A DNA stretch of 28,867 bases from the IMG/VR virus record IMGVR_UViG_3300020016_000035, positions 1-28,867 of that record; one strand, 5' to 3'. The notes below the pieces were generated by a model. That model was not told the DNA's origin. It was given only the letters and a program-made list of their open reading frames with translations, and did not search any database. The DNA comes from a virus (lineage: Duplodnaviria > Caudoviricetes). Positions 14,034-22,838 of this stretch are shown piece by piece. Position 1 is the first letter of the stretch; each line of letters opens with the position of its first letter. A program made the position numbers and the translations under genes.

Positions 14034-15838
14034 AACCCTTTATCGATAGACAGTACCAAACGGAGGCCGTCCAGAGTATATGGACGTACTTCCAACATCA
14101 TCCTGTTGGAAATCCAATCCTCGCAATGCCCACGGGAAGCGGGAAGACGATCGTCAACGCTCGCTTTCTCGAAGGCGTCTTCAAAGCTTTCCCGTTTCAG
14201 AAGGTCATGCTGCTGACTCATGTTAAGGAACTGATTCAGCAAAATTTTGAGAAGCTAATAGCATTGTGGCCAGACGCTCCCGTTGGTATCTACAGCGACG
14301 GACTCGGGCAGAAGAATTCCAGACAGCCTATTACACTGGGCGGCATCGCTTCCGTATGGCGACAACCGCAACTCTTTGGGCATGTAGACTTAATCATTAT
14401 TGACGAGGTACATCTAGTTAGCCCGCGCGGCAATACAATGTACCAGACGTTCATTGAAGCATTGAGATTAATCAATCCGCATCTTCGTGTGATCGGACTC
14501 ACTGCTACTCCTTGGCGTATGGGACACGGGAAGCTAACTGATCCGTATCTAGACAAAGAAGGAAAATTGCATCCTAGCGTCTTTACAGATTTCTGCTTCG
14601 ACATCACAAACTATCACAGCTTCAACAGGTTGATCGCTGAGGGCTACCTTGTCCCGCTGATCCCTAAGAAGATGAAGACAGAGCTTAACGTAGACGGAGT
14701 CCATCTCCGTGGTGGTGAATTTATTGAAAAAGACTTGCAGATCGCAGTCGACAAACACGAAGTCACTGTCGCTGCAATCAAAGAGGCTATTGAACTTGGT
14801 AAGGATCGTAAGAAGTGGTTGGTGTTTGGAGCGGGTATCGAACACGCGGAACACATCGCTCAGATCATGAACGAGATGGGAATCCCTGCGGGATGTGTTC
14901 ACAGCAGGCGCGACGATCGTGACGCCACAATCAAAGCCTTCCGAGCCGGCAAGATCCGTGCCCTAGTCAATAATAACATTCTGACAACAGGCTATGACGA
15001 TCCGACAGTGGATATGATTATTGTCCTGCGTCCAACTATGTCCACAGTGTTGTGGGTCCAGATGTTAGGGCGAGGCACACGACCTGTCTATCCTCCTGGA
15101 CATAACAGCGAGACGCTAGAACAGCGCATGGCTGCGATTAAAGCCAGTGGCAAGCTCGACTGTTTAGTTCTAGACTACGCTGGTAACACGCGCCGCTTGG
15201 GGCCAATCAATGACCCCGTAATTCCCGAGCCTCCTAAGTCGAAAGGAACGCGGGACGCACCGGTCAAACTCTGCGATGTCTGCCAGACCTACGTTCACGC
15301 CAGCGTTCGCATCTGCCCACATTGTGGCAACGAATTCAAATTCCAGCTCAATATCGTGCAGACAGCAAGCTCGATCAGCCCGTTGAAGGGAGAGCTGCCT
15401 ATAACGAAAGTTTTCAAGGTGGACCACATCAGCGCAGCACGGCATGAAAAGCACGGCGGAGGTTCTGTGTCGATGCGCGTCTCATACTACTGTGGCCTAA
15501 AGATGTACACCGAATTCGTAACATTCGAGAACAGTAATGCCTTCGCCCAGCGTCGTGCGCGAGCTTGGTGGAAGGTGAGAATGAAATCAAAATGGAACGA
15601 TACGTTAAACAATCCTGTTCCAACCACAGTTAACGAGGGACTCACTCGCCTCGAAGAAATCAATCACCCAACGCACATCCGTGTCTGGGTTAACAAGAAT
15701 CCATATCCAGAAATCATGGCTATCTGTTTCGATGGCACTGCCTTTGGAATGGAGGAGATGTCAGACGAGGTTCCAACGATCGCTACCTCTCTGGCTACAC
15801 TACAGAAGACCGAACTGGACGCAGAGATCCCATTCTAA
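14030..15838 (+). CDS. SF2 DNA helicase (RadD/YejH-like) with zinc finger
   Basis: MPTGSGKT, DEVH, GLTATP, LTTGYD, QMLGRGTR, CDVC...CPHC. Confidence 0.92.
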   Translation: MKPFIDRQYQTEAVQSIWTYFQHHPVGNPILAMPTGSGKTIVNARFLEGVFKAFPFQKVMLLTHVKELIQQNFEKLIALWPDAPVGIYSDGLGQKNSRQPITLGGIASVWRQPQLFGHVDLIIIDEVHLVSPRGNTMYQTFIEALRLINPHLRVIGLTATPWRMGHGKLTDPYLDKEGKLHPSVFTDFCFDITNYHSFNRLIAEGYLVPLIPKKMKTELNVDGVHLRGGEFIEKDLQIAVDKHEVTVAAIKEAIELGKDRKKWLVFGAGIEHAEHIAQIMNEMGIPAGCVHSRRDDRDATIKAFRAGKIRALVNNNILTTGYDDPTVDMIIVLRPTMSTVLWVQMLGRGTRPVYPPGHNSETLEQRMAAIKASGKLDCLVLDYAGNTRRLGPINDPVIPEPPKSKGTRDAPVKLCDVCQTYVHASVRICPHCGNEFKFQLNIVQTASSISPLKGELPITKVFKVDHISAARHEKHGGGSVSMRVSYYCGLKMYTEFVTFENSNAFAQRRARAWWKVRMKSKWNDTLNNPVPTTVNEGLTRLEEINHPTHIRVWVNKNPYPEIMAICFDGTAFGMEEMSDEVPTIATSLATLQKTELDAEIPF

Positions 15839-15851
15839 CGGAGAAAAGATA

Positions 15852-16241
15852 ATGGCCTTCAAACTGACAAAGAACGAGGAAGACCAATTCGCACGCCTAA
15901 AGACCGCTCTCACTGCGAAACACGTCGAACTCACGACAGCTATCAACACCTATAACGAGGAGATGAACGATATTGTGGAATCGCTTCAAGAGGCGTTACA
16001 AGAATACAATAAATATCTAGGTGAGTTGCGTTCATTCGTCGAAACGGTTGCTGAAGAAAAACGTGCAGACTTTGAAGACAAGTCTGACGACTGGAAAGAA
16101 GGAGATACTGGGTCTGGTGTCGATGCTTGGCTTAGCTCCTGGGAGAGTGCTGAACTCGAAGAAGTAACTATCGAATTCCCAGCCGAGCTTGAAATAGAGT
16201 TCGAAAATCATTCAGAGATCGATCTGGCCAACGAGCCATAA
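15852..16241 (+). CDS. Highly acidic coiled-coil protein
   Basis: AACGGAG RBS before ATG 15852; D/E-rich. Confidence 0.75.
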   Translation: MAFKLTKNEEDQFARLKTALTAKHVELTTAINTYNEEMNDIVESLQEALQEYNKYLGELRSFVETVAEEKRADFEDKSDDWKEGDTGSGVDAWLSSWESAELEEVTIEFPAELEIEFENHSEIDLANEP

Positions 16242-16247
16242 ATCGGC

Positions 16248-16276
16248 TTGCACCACCATTAAGAAGCTGCTATGCT
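16248..16276 (+). promoter_or_regulatory. Promoter
   Basis: cTTGCAC-N17-TATGCT with TGC extension. Confidence 0.75.
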
Positions 16277-16311
16277 TGTGGTGTTATCGCATACAACGGA
16301 ACACCACAAGC

Positions 16312-16767
16312 ATGACGCATTGGATCAGAAACGATGGAGGTCGCGCCGCCTACGGATATACAGGTAAGGCAGGCGATTGTGTCACCCGTTCGATTGCTAT
16401 TGTCACGAACATACCGTATTCTAAAGTCTATAGTGATATGGCATGGATTAATGCTACGATGCCCAAGACTAGGGGTCGTCGAACAGCAGGTCTTCACAGC
16501 GCATTCTATGGTATCTATACCCAGAGTGTTCTGTTCAAACGCTACATGGAGAGTCTTAACTTCATCTGGACTCCGACCATGTTTATCGGGTCTGGTTGTA
16601 GAGTTCATTTGCGGGCAAACGAACTACCGTCCGGGGGACTGGTAGTGTCCGTCAGCAAGCATCTTACCGCAGTGATCGACGGGGTCATTCACGATACCCA
16701 CGACCCATCCCGAGGTGGCAGACGTTGCGTCTATGGTTACTGGAAACTGGAAAGACTCCAATGGTAG
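16312..16767 (+). CDS. Phage protein with possible papain-like Cys-His-Asp triad
   Basis: GDCVTRSIAI ... KHLTAVIDGVIHDTHD. Confidence 0.7.
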   Translation: MTHWIRNDGGRAAYGYTGKAGDCVTRSIAIVTNIPYSKVYSDMAWINATMPKTRGRRTAGLHSAFYGIYTQSVLFKRYMESLNFIWTPTMFIGSGCRVHLRANELPSGGLVVSVSKHLTAVIDGVIHDTHDPSRGGRRCVYGYWKLERLQW

Positions 16768-17423
16768 AAAAGATTGACGTTCTCGATCATGGTTTCGTTC
16801 GCCTGGTCGACAGTATGGGTAATGATCTCTCCGTGGTTCGCGCCGCTCGGGTGTCATATGACGCTGCTTGGCGTGCGGGTGAGGATCAAAGTGGCGACGA
16901 GAAGCTGATCAATTATCTCTGGCGCAATCACCACACAACCCCATTCGAAGCTGTGGTCTTTACCTTCGAAGTGAAGGCGCCTATCTTCGTACTACGTCAA
17001 TGGCATCGACATCGAACCTGGAGCTACAACGAATTGTCGGCACGCTACAAGCCGCTCCCTGAAGAGTTCTATGTTCCGAGACCCGAACACATTGGCACAC
17101 AGTCAAAGGACACCAAGCAGGCACGAGCTCAGGGAGAACCCGACCCAGTTGCCGCTGCCCACATCAAAGCAACTTGCGAGCACGCATTTCGTGCCTATCG
17201 TATGCTACTTGAAGATGGAGTTCCCCGAGAGCTGGCACGTTCCGTCCTTCCTGTGGCAACCTACAGCCACATGTTCGCAACGGTCGATCTGTTGAATTTG
17301 ATGAGATTTCTAACACTGCGTTGTGATCAACATGCGCAGTATGAAATACGTGTCTATGCTGACGTAATGCGTGAGTTGGCACGTTCGATTGTACCAGTCT
17401 GTATCAAAGCATGGGAGAAGTGA
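16761..17423 (+). CDS. thyX: FAD-dependent thymidylate synthase
   Basis: RQWHRHRTWSYNELSARY (RHRx7S motif), AARVSY, H.TPFE, HAQYEIR. Confidence 0.96.
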   Translation: MVEKIDVLDHGFVRLVDSMGNDLSVVRAARVSYDAAWRAGEDQSGDEKLINYLWRNHHTTPFEAVVFTFEVKAPIFVLRQWHRHRTWSYNELSARYKPLPEEFYVPRPEHIGTQSKDTKQARAQGEPDPVAAAHIKATCEHAFRAYRMLLEDGVPRELARSVLPVATYSHMFATVDLLNLMRFLTLRCDQHAQYEIRVYADVMRELARSIVPVCIKAWEK

Positions 17424-17424
17424 A

Positions 17425-17646
17425 ATGGCTGTTAAATCGCATATCGTTGTTCACCCTGAGTGTGTTTCATACCCGATGATTATGAAACATACCACAACTG
17501 GGGCGCTCCTTCTATTCTATTCGAGTAATATGGGATGGGTCGTTGGAAACCACGATGATATCGGTAGACCGTGGCAGATGCAAAGACCGGACAATTACGT
17601 TCCGTTCCACGGTGCAGTGACGATAACAAATGACGTAGGAAAATAA
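17425..17646 (+). CDS. Hypothetical protein
   Basis: GGAG RBS, tight packing. Confidence 0.65.
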   Translation: MAVKSHIVVHPECVSYPMIMKHTTTGALLLFYSSNMGWVVGNHDDIGRPWQMQRPDNYVPFHGAVTITNDVGK

Positions 17647-17647
17647 G

Positions 17648-17920
17648 ATGAGCACAAAGAAGATGAAGATACGCCTTGCCATGCGCGAGGAAGGTGTATT
17701 CTGGAATGCCTATCTGGCACTTCCTGATACCATGGATCGCGCAAAGTTGATCGGTTCCATCTCAATTGGTGCAGTCAAACAAGATCCTAAGATGAGAGAA
17801 GAATTCCAAGCTCTAATGCAAAAAGTGTTGGCTAACGCCATCGAAGACGTCACTGGAGATCGTCCCGACACTTGGGACATCGGACCTGCACCAGAATCAG
17901 AACGATCAGGAAACTCATAA
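17648..17920 (+). CDS. Hypothetical protein
   Basis: AGGA RBS, tight packing. Confidence 0.7.
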   Translation: MSTKKMKIRLAMREEGVFWNAYLALPDTMDRAKLIGSISIGAVKQDPKMREEFQALMQKVLANAIEDVTGDRPDTWDIGPAPESERSGNS

Positions 17921-18183
17921 TGGAAGATTTACATAGTGTCGAACTACCTGGTGTATGTACGACATGTGGTAAGATATTTGATCTTGCTACTGCTACATCA
18001 AAAACACAACATAGCGTACCTAAGGCAGGCGATTACATGTTGTGTATCGGTTGCGGTGAGTGGAACATATTGACTGCCGATTGTCAGATGCGTAAACCAA
18101 CCATCGACGAGCTCATTGAGGTTGGATCAAATCCAGCAGCGAGAGAACTTCGTGCGGCGTGGTCAATGCTCGAGAAAAAATAA
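17920..18183 (+). CDS. Zinc-finger protein
   Basis: CTTC ... CIGC; TAATG coupling. Confidence 0.7.
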   Translation: MEDLHSVELPGVCTTCGKIFDLATATSKTQHSVPKAGDYMLCIGCGEWNILTADCQMRKPTIDELIEVGSNPAARELRAAWSMLEKK

Positions 18184-18251
18184 TGTTTCTCCTCTGGCTC
18201 ATTCTTCTTATTATATTTCTCTTGATTGCGCGTTGGCTTTTCTTGAGGTAA
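18183..18251 (+). CDS. 22-aa hydrophobic peptide (not in ORF track)
   Basis: TAATG coupling; MFLLWLILLIIFLLIARWLFLR. Confidence 0.45.
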   Translation: MFLLWLILLIIFLLIARWLFLR

Positions 18252-18259
18252 AATAGTGC

Positions 18260-18289
18260 TTGCATTGAGGCGAAGATACGTGCATTAAT
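18260..18289 (+). promoter_or_regulatory. Promoter
   Basis: cTTGCAT-N18-ATTAAT preceded by TGC. Confidence 0.6.
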
Positions 18290-18341
18290 AGTGGGGCAGT
18301 AGCAGTTCCTATCAACGCTACACCAACAACGGAGTTAGAAA

Positions 18342-19301
18342 ATGTCCCACGAAGTAGAAACAATGGCCTGGGCACACGAAGTTCCATGGCACGGTCTCGG
18401 CAATCGCGTCGAAGGAAATATCACCTGCGATGAGATGTTAGTCGCCGCTGGCCTCAATTGGACAGTGGAAGAGATTCCCTGTTTCATCAACGTCGATGGC
18501 AAACAGGTGCCTGTGGAGCGCAAGGCGCTGGTACGCAGTACGGATAAGAGAGTTCTGACTGTCACCGGTATGAATTGGCGTCCTTTCCAAAACAAGGATG
18601 CGATGGAGTTCTTCCGGGAATGGACTAGCGTCGGAGGCTGTACACTTGAGACAGCCGGCTCGTTACGCGGTGGAAGGATCATCTGGGCGTTGGCGCGCGT
18701 CTCTGCTGGCTTTATACTTCCTGGGCGCGACGCTGTGAAGGCTTATATCCTTCTGGTGTCGCCGCACGAAGTTGGAAAGGCAAGCACTGTTCGAACCACA
18801 ACGGTTCGCGTCGTGTGCGCTAATACATTAGCGATGGCCGGCGGGGTTCAGGGCAAGAACGCAGAGTATCGTCAGAGCCACATCTATAACTTCGATACCT
18901 CTGCCGCCAAGGCATCTGTGCAACTCGTGAAGGAAGAAGTTGCCAAGATGGAACTGGATTCCCTGGCTCTGCAGCAGTTGAAGATGAGTCAGTACGATAC
19001 ATTGCGCGTTCTGGCGGAGTTCTTTCAACCTGCGCTTCCGAATAACACCGAGCACAATATCGAAGAACTGATCAACGAGCCGGACGCACGCTCCGCACGG
19101 CTTCAGAAAGTTCTTTGGGCAACTGAAAAGGCGCCTGGTGCAACTCCAGGCAATGGCTGGGGCGTTCTGAACGGTGTCACGTTCTGGGCCGATCATATGG
19201 CAGGCAACTCCAAAGACTCCCGCTTGTTCAATAGCTGGCTGGGTGAAGCCGGCAAGATGAAGGACAAGGTCAAAGGGAAATTGATGGAGATGGTCTCCTA
19301 A
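18342..19301 (+). CDS. DUF932/DUF945 (TIGR03299-type) phage protein
   Basis: MSHEVETM..PWHGLG, AGLNW.V, ETAGSLRGGR..WALA, T.VRVVCANTL, WG.LNGVT..DH. Confidence 0.85.
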   Translation: MSHEVETMAWAHEVPWHGLGNRVEGNITCDEMLVAAGLNWTVEEIPCFINVDGKQVPVERKALVRSTDKRVLTVTGMNWRPFQNKDAMEFFREWTSVGGCTLETAGSLRGGRIIWALARVSAGFILPGRDAVKAYILLVSPHEVGKASTVRTTTVRVVCANTLAMAGGVQGKNAEYRQSHIYNFDTSAAKASVQLVKEEVAKMELDSLALQQLKMSQYDTLRVLAEFFQPALPNNTEHNIEELINEPDARSARLQKVLWATEKAPGATPGNGWGVLNGVTFWADHMAGNSKDSRLFNSWLGEAGKMKDKVKGKLMEMVS

Positions 19302-19313
19302 CTGATACAACAC

Positions 19314-19350
19314 AAGACAGTGCGGGGATCGCTCTCCGCTCTGTCTTTTT
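19314..19350 (+). terminator. Rho-independent terminator
   Basis: AAGACAG-t-GCGGGGA-tcgc-TCTCCGC-t-CTGTCTT-TTT. Confidence 0.8.
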
Positions 19351-19380
19351 ATTTCGACAAAAATAGAGCTAAAATCGTCC

Positions 19381-19409
19381 TTGCAATCTGCGGCGTATTG
19401 TAATATGTA
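19381..19409 (+). promoter_or_regulatory. Promoter
   Basis: cTTGCAA-N17-TATGTA with AT-rich upstream sequence. Confidence 0.5.
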
Positions 19410-19443
19410 TGTTCTATTGTAACACAGAGTAAGGAGATCCAAC

Positions 19444-20025
19444 ATGAACCAACAGACCGATCCCGCGTGGGCTACCCCTCCGTCAGCAGACGCTCCCACA
19501 GCCGCTCCCGCAGCTGGTGCGCCTGACGTGAAGGCTCAGGAAGCCGCAGCGAAGAAGGCAGAGAAGGAAGCTGCCAAGGCTGCCAAGGACGCGCAGAAGA
19601 ATGCTGCCGCCGAGGCGAAGGAAGCTGCCAAGGCAGCGAAGCAGGCCGAGAAGAAGGCCAAGGAAGATGCCAAGGCCGCTGCGGTGCTCGCCAAGAACGA
19701 AGCGAAGGCCGCCAAGCAGGCTCAGAAGGAGCAGGCGAAGCAGCCGGAGCAGAACGGAATCCGTCGGCCGAAGGCGGAAGGCGAGTGCGGCAAGGCGTGG
19801 GCGATGTTCGATCACCTGTCTCAGCAGAAGGGCGCTCCTGTTGCCGCTGCGGAGATTCGTGCTGCGCTTCCCCGCTATTCGCATCTGAACGAGGGCAACA
19901 TCAAGGCGGAATACCCCCGTTGGAAGAAGTTCCACGGTCTGTCCGGGATGATCCCTCCGACTCCGGCCCCGACCGCTCCTGCGGCACCGCAGACGGCGTC
20001 TCCGCCCACTCAGCCGGCTGCTTGA
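19444..20025 (+). CDS. Ala/Lys-rich (histone H1-like) protein with conserved C-terminal domain (paralog of 12..338)
   Basis: TAAGGAG RBS; EAAKAAK repeats; GECGKAW...WKKFHG. Confidence 0.85.
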   Translation: MNQQTDPAWATPPSADAPTAAPAAGAPDVKAQEAAAKKAEKEAAKAAKDAQKNAAAEAKEAAKAAKQAEKKAKEDAKAAAVLAKNEAKAAKQAQKEQAKQPEQNGIRRPKAEGECGKAWAMFDHLSQQKGAPVAAAEIRAALPRYSHLNEGNIKAEYPRWKKFHGLSGMIPPTPAPTAPAAPQTASPPTQPAA

Positions 20026-20031
20026 TCTAAC

Positions 20032-20090
20032 GTCTCGCCGAAACCTGCCCCGGAGGAATTCGCCTCCGGGGCTACCTCCCGGAGAGAGAC
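20032..20090 (+). promoter_or_regulatory. Structured leader upstream of queE
   Basis: 10-bp hairpin GCCCCGGAGG/CCTCCGGGGC without U-tract, enclosed by GTCTC.CCG/CGG..GAGAC covering the RBS. Confidence 0.5.
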
Positions 20091-20807
20091 ATGAATCTAC
20101 AAGCAATCGAGAAGTCGGTCGACCACTCTGAGGGGTTGCTCGACATCCACAGCATCTTCTACACCATCCAGGGCGAGGGACCTTTCAGTGGGTTCCCCGC
20201 CGTTTTTATTCGACTCGCTGGATGCAATCTCCAGTGTCCAGGATGTGATACCGAATATACCCAGGGGCGACGCCTTGCGCACCCATCGGTTGTTGCGAAG
20301 TATGTGAACTCGCTGAGCCTACCGAAGGGTCTCGTAGTTATTACGGGCGGGGAACCGTTCAGGCAAAATCTAACTAATCTGTTTGAACATCTTATAGCAC
20401 TTGGACATCTCGTTCAGGTTGAGAGTAATGGAACTCTCCCTCCGAGCGATTACGAGTATTCGATATATACTCGGATCGATCATTTTCATGGAGTTCATAT
20501 CGTCTGCAGCCCAAAGACTGGACGTATCAATCCAATACTTTTGGATAAGGCACTCTGCCTTAAATACGTTCTCGATGCGGACAGTATGAATCCGGAAGAC
20601 GGCCTTCCGATTCGCGCCCTCGGCCACACTGCTCATCCGCAACTTGCACGACCTCCTGTTGACTGGGATAAGCCAATCTATCTTCAACCGATGGATACAA
20701 AGGATCCTGCGCACAACGAACGGAATATCAAAGCCGTAACTGAGTCTTGTATGAAGTTCGGCTATAAGCTACAATTGCAAATCCACAAATATCTTGGGGT
20801 AGAATAA
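20091..20807 (+). CDS. queE: 7-carboxy-7-deazaguanine synthase (radical SAM)
   Basis: FYTIQGEG, FIRLAGCNLQCPGCDT, ITGGEP, ESNG, CSPK, QIHK. Confidence 0.95.
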   Translation: MNLQAIEKSVDHSEGLLDIHSIFYTIQGEGPFSGFPAVFIRLAGCNLQCPGCDTEYTQGRRLAHPSVVAKYVNSLSLPKGLVVITGGEPFRQNLTNLFEHLIALGHLVQVESNGTLPPSDYEYSIYTRIDHFHGVHIVCSPKTGRINPILLDKALCLKYVLDADSMNPEDGLPIRALGHTAHPQLARPPVDWDKPIYLQPMDTKDPAHNERNIKAVTESCMKFGYKLQLQIHKYLGVE

Positions 20808-20808
20808 G

Positions 20809-22200
20809 ATGTGCGCGATCATAGGAGCCCTCATCTGGAATGCAACTTCATACCAACGTCTTGATGCCAATCGTATTCTAAATTATATTGGAAATGAAAG
20901 TTTTGCACGTGGCCGCGATGGATGGGGATATTATGTTAGAGACGGTCTTACTGTAGGTCATAAAAATAAATCGATTATAAGATCAACAGGTTGGGAAACA
21001 TATCACGAATTTTTTAGTCTTAATATCTTTAGTCCAACTAAGAATATGATTGGTAATTTTCGTGCTGAGCCAACGACGGAGTTCGTACGCCACAAACGCG
21101 AATACGATCAACAACCCTATTCACTCAACAAGTGGAATATCGTCCACAACGGAACTATCGCAAACGATAAAGAATTGCGAACGGATGAAGGTGCCACAAC
21201 GGGAATCGACAGCGTTGCGATCGTTGAGCAACTTGCTGCCGCAGGCGATATCCAGAATCGCGAACTCGCAAAATATGTATTTCAATTTATCATTGGCAAA
21301 CTCAAAGGGAGCTACGCAATCTTAGCAACACATGATGACTTTCCAGATTTGATATTAGCTGCCTGCAACTATAGACCCATCTGGATTGCTAGACGAGAAT
21401 ATGGGATCTTCTTTGCAAGCTCGCGAGATTATTTTATAAGAGGCCTAGTTCCTGAAATGCTTGAACCTTATTCAGCCTGGGCATTTGGGCCTAATGATAA
21501 TGAGCGTCTATATATAATGCGCCTTTGGGGTAAGAAAGCTCTTGTCATTTGTAGCGGCGGAATGGATAGTGTCGTTGCTGCAACAGAGGCCAAAGCTCAA
21601 GGCTATGAAATTGAATTAGTTCATTTCCTTTATGGATCGCGGGCAGAATTATCAGAAGTAAATGCAGTTCAAGATGTTGCAAACTATCTTGGCGTACCGT
21701 TGCATTTCATCCCGATAGGAATCTATCGAAAAGAAGACTCTCCATTACTTCAAGCAGACAGTAAGATTGCAGGCGGTGAAGCGGGAGCTGAATTTGCACA
21801 TGAATGGGTCCCGGCACGTAACCTTGTGATGCTTGCTCTCGCAACTGCGTTTGCCGAAGCTCGAGGAATCAATACAATCGTACTCGGTAACAACTTAGAA
21901 GAAGCAGGTGCTTATCCCGATAACGAACCTGAATTCATTAATCGATTTAACGACATGCTTCCTTTCGCAGTAGCAGATGGAAAGCGAGTCAGAGCTATCA
22001 TGCCAGTAGGCAATCTTATGAAACATGAGATCGTCGAGCTTGGCCATAGAATCGGCGCCCCACTTCACCTCACATGGAGTTGCTATCGTGCGGGCCCAAT
22101 CCACTGTGGCACTTGTGGACCCTGTCACATGCGGCGAATCGCATTCGAAATTAATAAGATACCTGAGGTCATTCAGTACGCGAACTCAGAGGAGAAATAA
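20809..22200 (+). CDS. gat-queC: Glutamine amidotransferase (Ntn class II)-QueC fusion (preQ0/archaeosine synthesis)
   Basis: N-terminal MC, RGRDGWG, HNGTI.N, DS; then SGGMDS, VPARN, YPD, TWSCY...CGTCGPC. Confidence 0.93.
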   Translation: MCAIIGALIWNATSYQRLDANRILNYIGNESFARGRDGWGYYVRDGLTVGHKNKSIIRSTGWETYHEFFSLNIFSPTKNMIGNFRAEPTTEFVRHKREYDQQPYSLNKWNIVHNGTIANDKELRTDEGATTGIDSVAIVEQLAAAGDIQNRELAKYVFQFIIGKLKGSYAILATHDDFPDLILAACNYRPIWIARREYGIFFASSRDYFIRGLVPEMLEPYSAWAFGPNDNERLYIMRLWGKKALVICSGGMDSVVAATEAKAQGYEIELVHFLYGSRAELSEVNAVQDVANYLGVPLHFIPIGIYRKEDSPLLQADSKIAGGEAGAEFAHEWVPARNLVMLALATAFAEARGINTIVLGNNLEEAGAYPDNEPEFINRFNDMLPFAVADGKRVRAIMPVGNLMKHEIVELGHRIGAPLHLTWSCYRAGPIHCGTCGPCHMRRIAFEINKIPEVIQYANSEEK

Positions 22201-22653
22201 ATGACCTACATTTCAACAAAGACGTATGGTCACGACATAGGTCTCTCCTCTTGTTTCCGACAATGGAAAGCACAGAGCCACTGTCGCTTTCTCCACGGCT
22301 ATGCTCTCTCTGTTCGTATTGAATTTGAAGCAGAAGAACTCGACGATCGCAATTGGGTTGTAGACTTCGGCAGCCTTAAAGGTTTCAAAGGTTGGTTAGA
22401 AAAGACATTCGATCACCGTCTATTGATTGCCGAAGATGATCCACATCGTTCCGCTTTGGAAATTATGGCAGGCCTAGGGCTAGCCCAGATAACAATTGTT
22501 CCTGCCACAGGATGCGAAGCGTTTGCGTCCATGATCTACGAGTGTGGTGTTGTCTGGTTAGTAGACAACGGTTACTATCCGCGTGTACGCATGCGGTCTG
22601 TTGAAGTGTGTGAGCATGGTGCCAACTCTGCAATCTTTATGGAGGAGTTATGA
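22201..22653 (+). CDS. queD: 6-carboxy-5,6,7,8-tetrahydropterin synthase
   Basis: CRFLHGY, WVVDFG, FDH, GCE. Confidence 0.93.
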   Translation: MTYISTKTYGHDIGLSSCFRQWKAQSHCRFLHGYALSVRIEFEAEELDDRNWVVDFGSLKGFKGWLEKTFDHRLLIAEDDPHRSALEIMAGLGLAQITIVPATGCEAFASMIYECGVVWLVDNGYYPRVRMRSVEVCEHGANSAIFMEEL

Positions 22654-22838
22654 AACTCGAAAGCAAGTTCACGTTTGGAGATGTAGTACGTATCGATGGA
22701 GGTAGCGTCAACGCCTTTGTGATAGGCTTTGCTTTCTACCCTCACGATGTAACGATTCAAGTATCGTGGTGGAATAATGGTGATCTGAAAGAACAATGGG
22801 TCGCCGAATGGAGACTCGTTAAGGTCGAACAACCATGA
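22650..22838 (+). CDS. Small SH3-like/YodC-like hypothetical protein
   Basis: GGAGGAG RBS; KFTFGDVV...VSWW..G.L.E. Confidence 0.65.
   Translation: MKLESKFTFGDVVRIDGGSVNAFVIGFAFYPHDVTIQVSWWNNGDLKEQWVAEWRLVKVEQP

Noticed and set aside
20047-20072. Hairpin as intrinsic terminator or preQ1 riboswitch
   Set aside because: No U-tract, and it lacks the preQ1-I loop and A-rich tail; kept only as an unassigned structured leader.
18828-20106. Minus-strand ORFs of 223 and 207 aa
   Set aside because: Antisense shadows of well-supported GC-rich + strand genes; no RBS or motifs.
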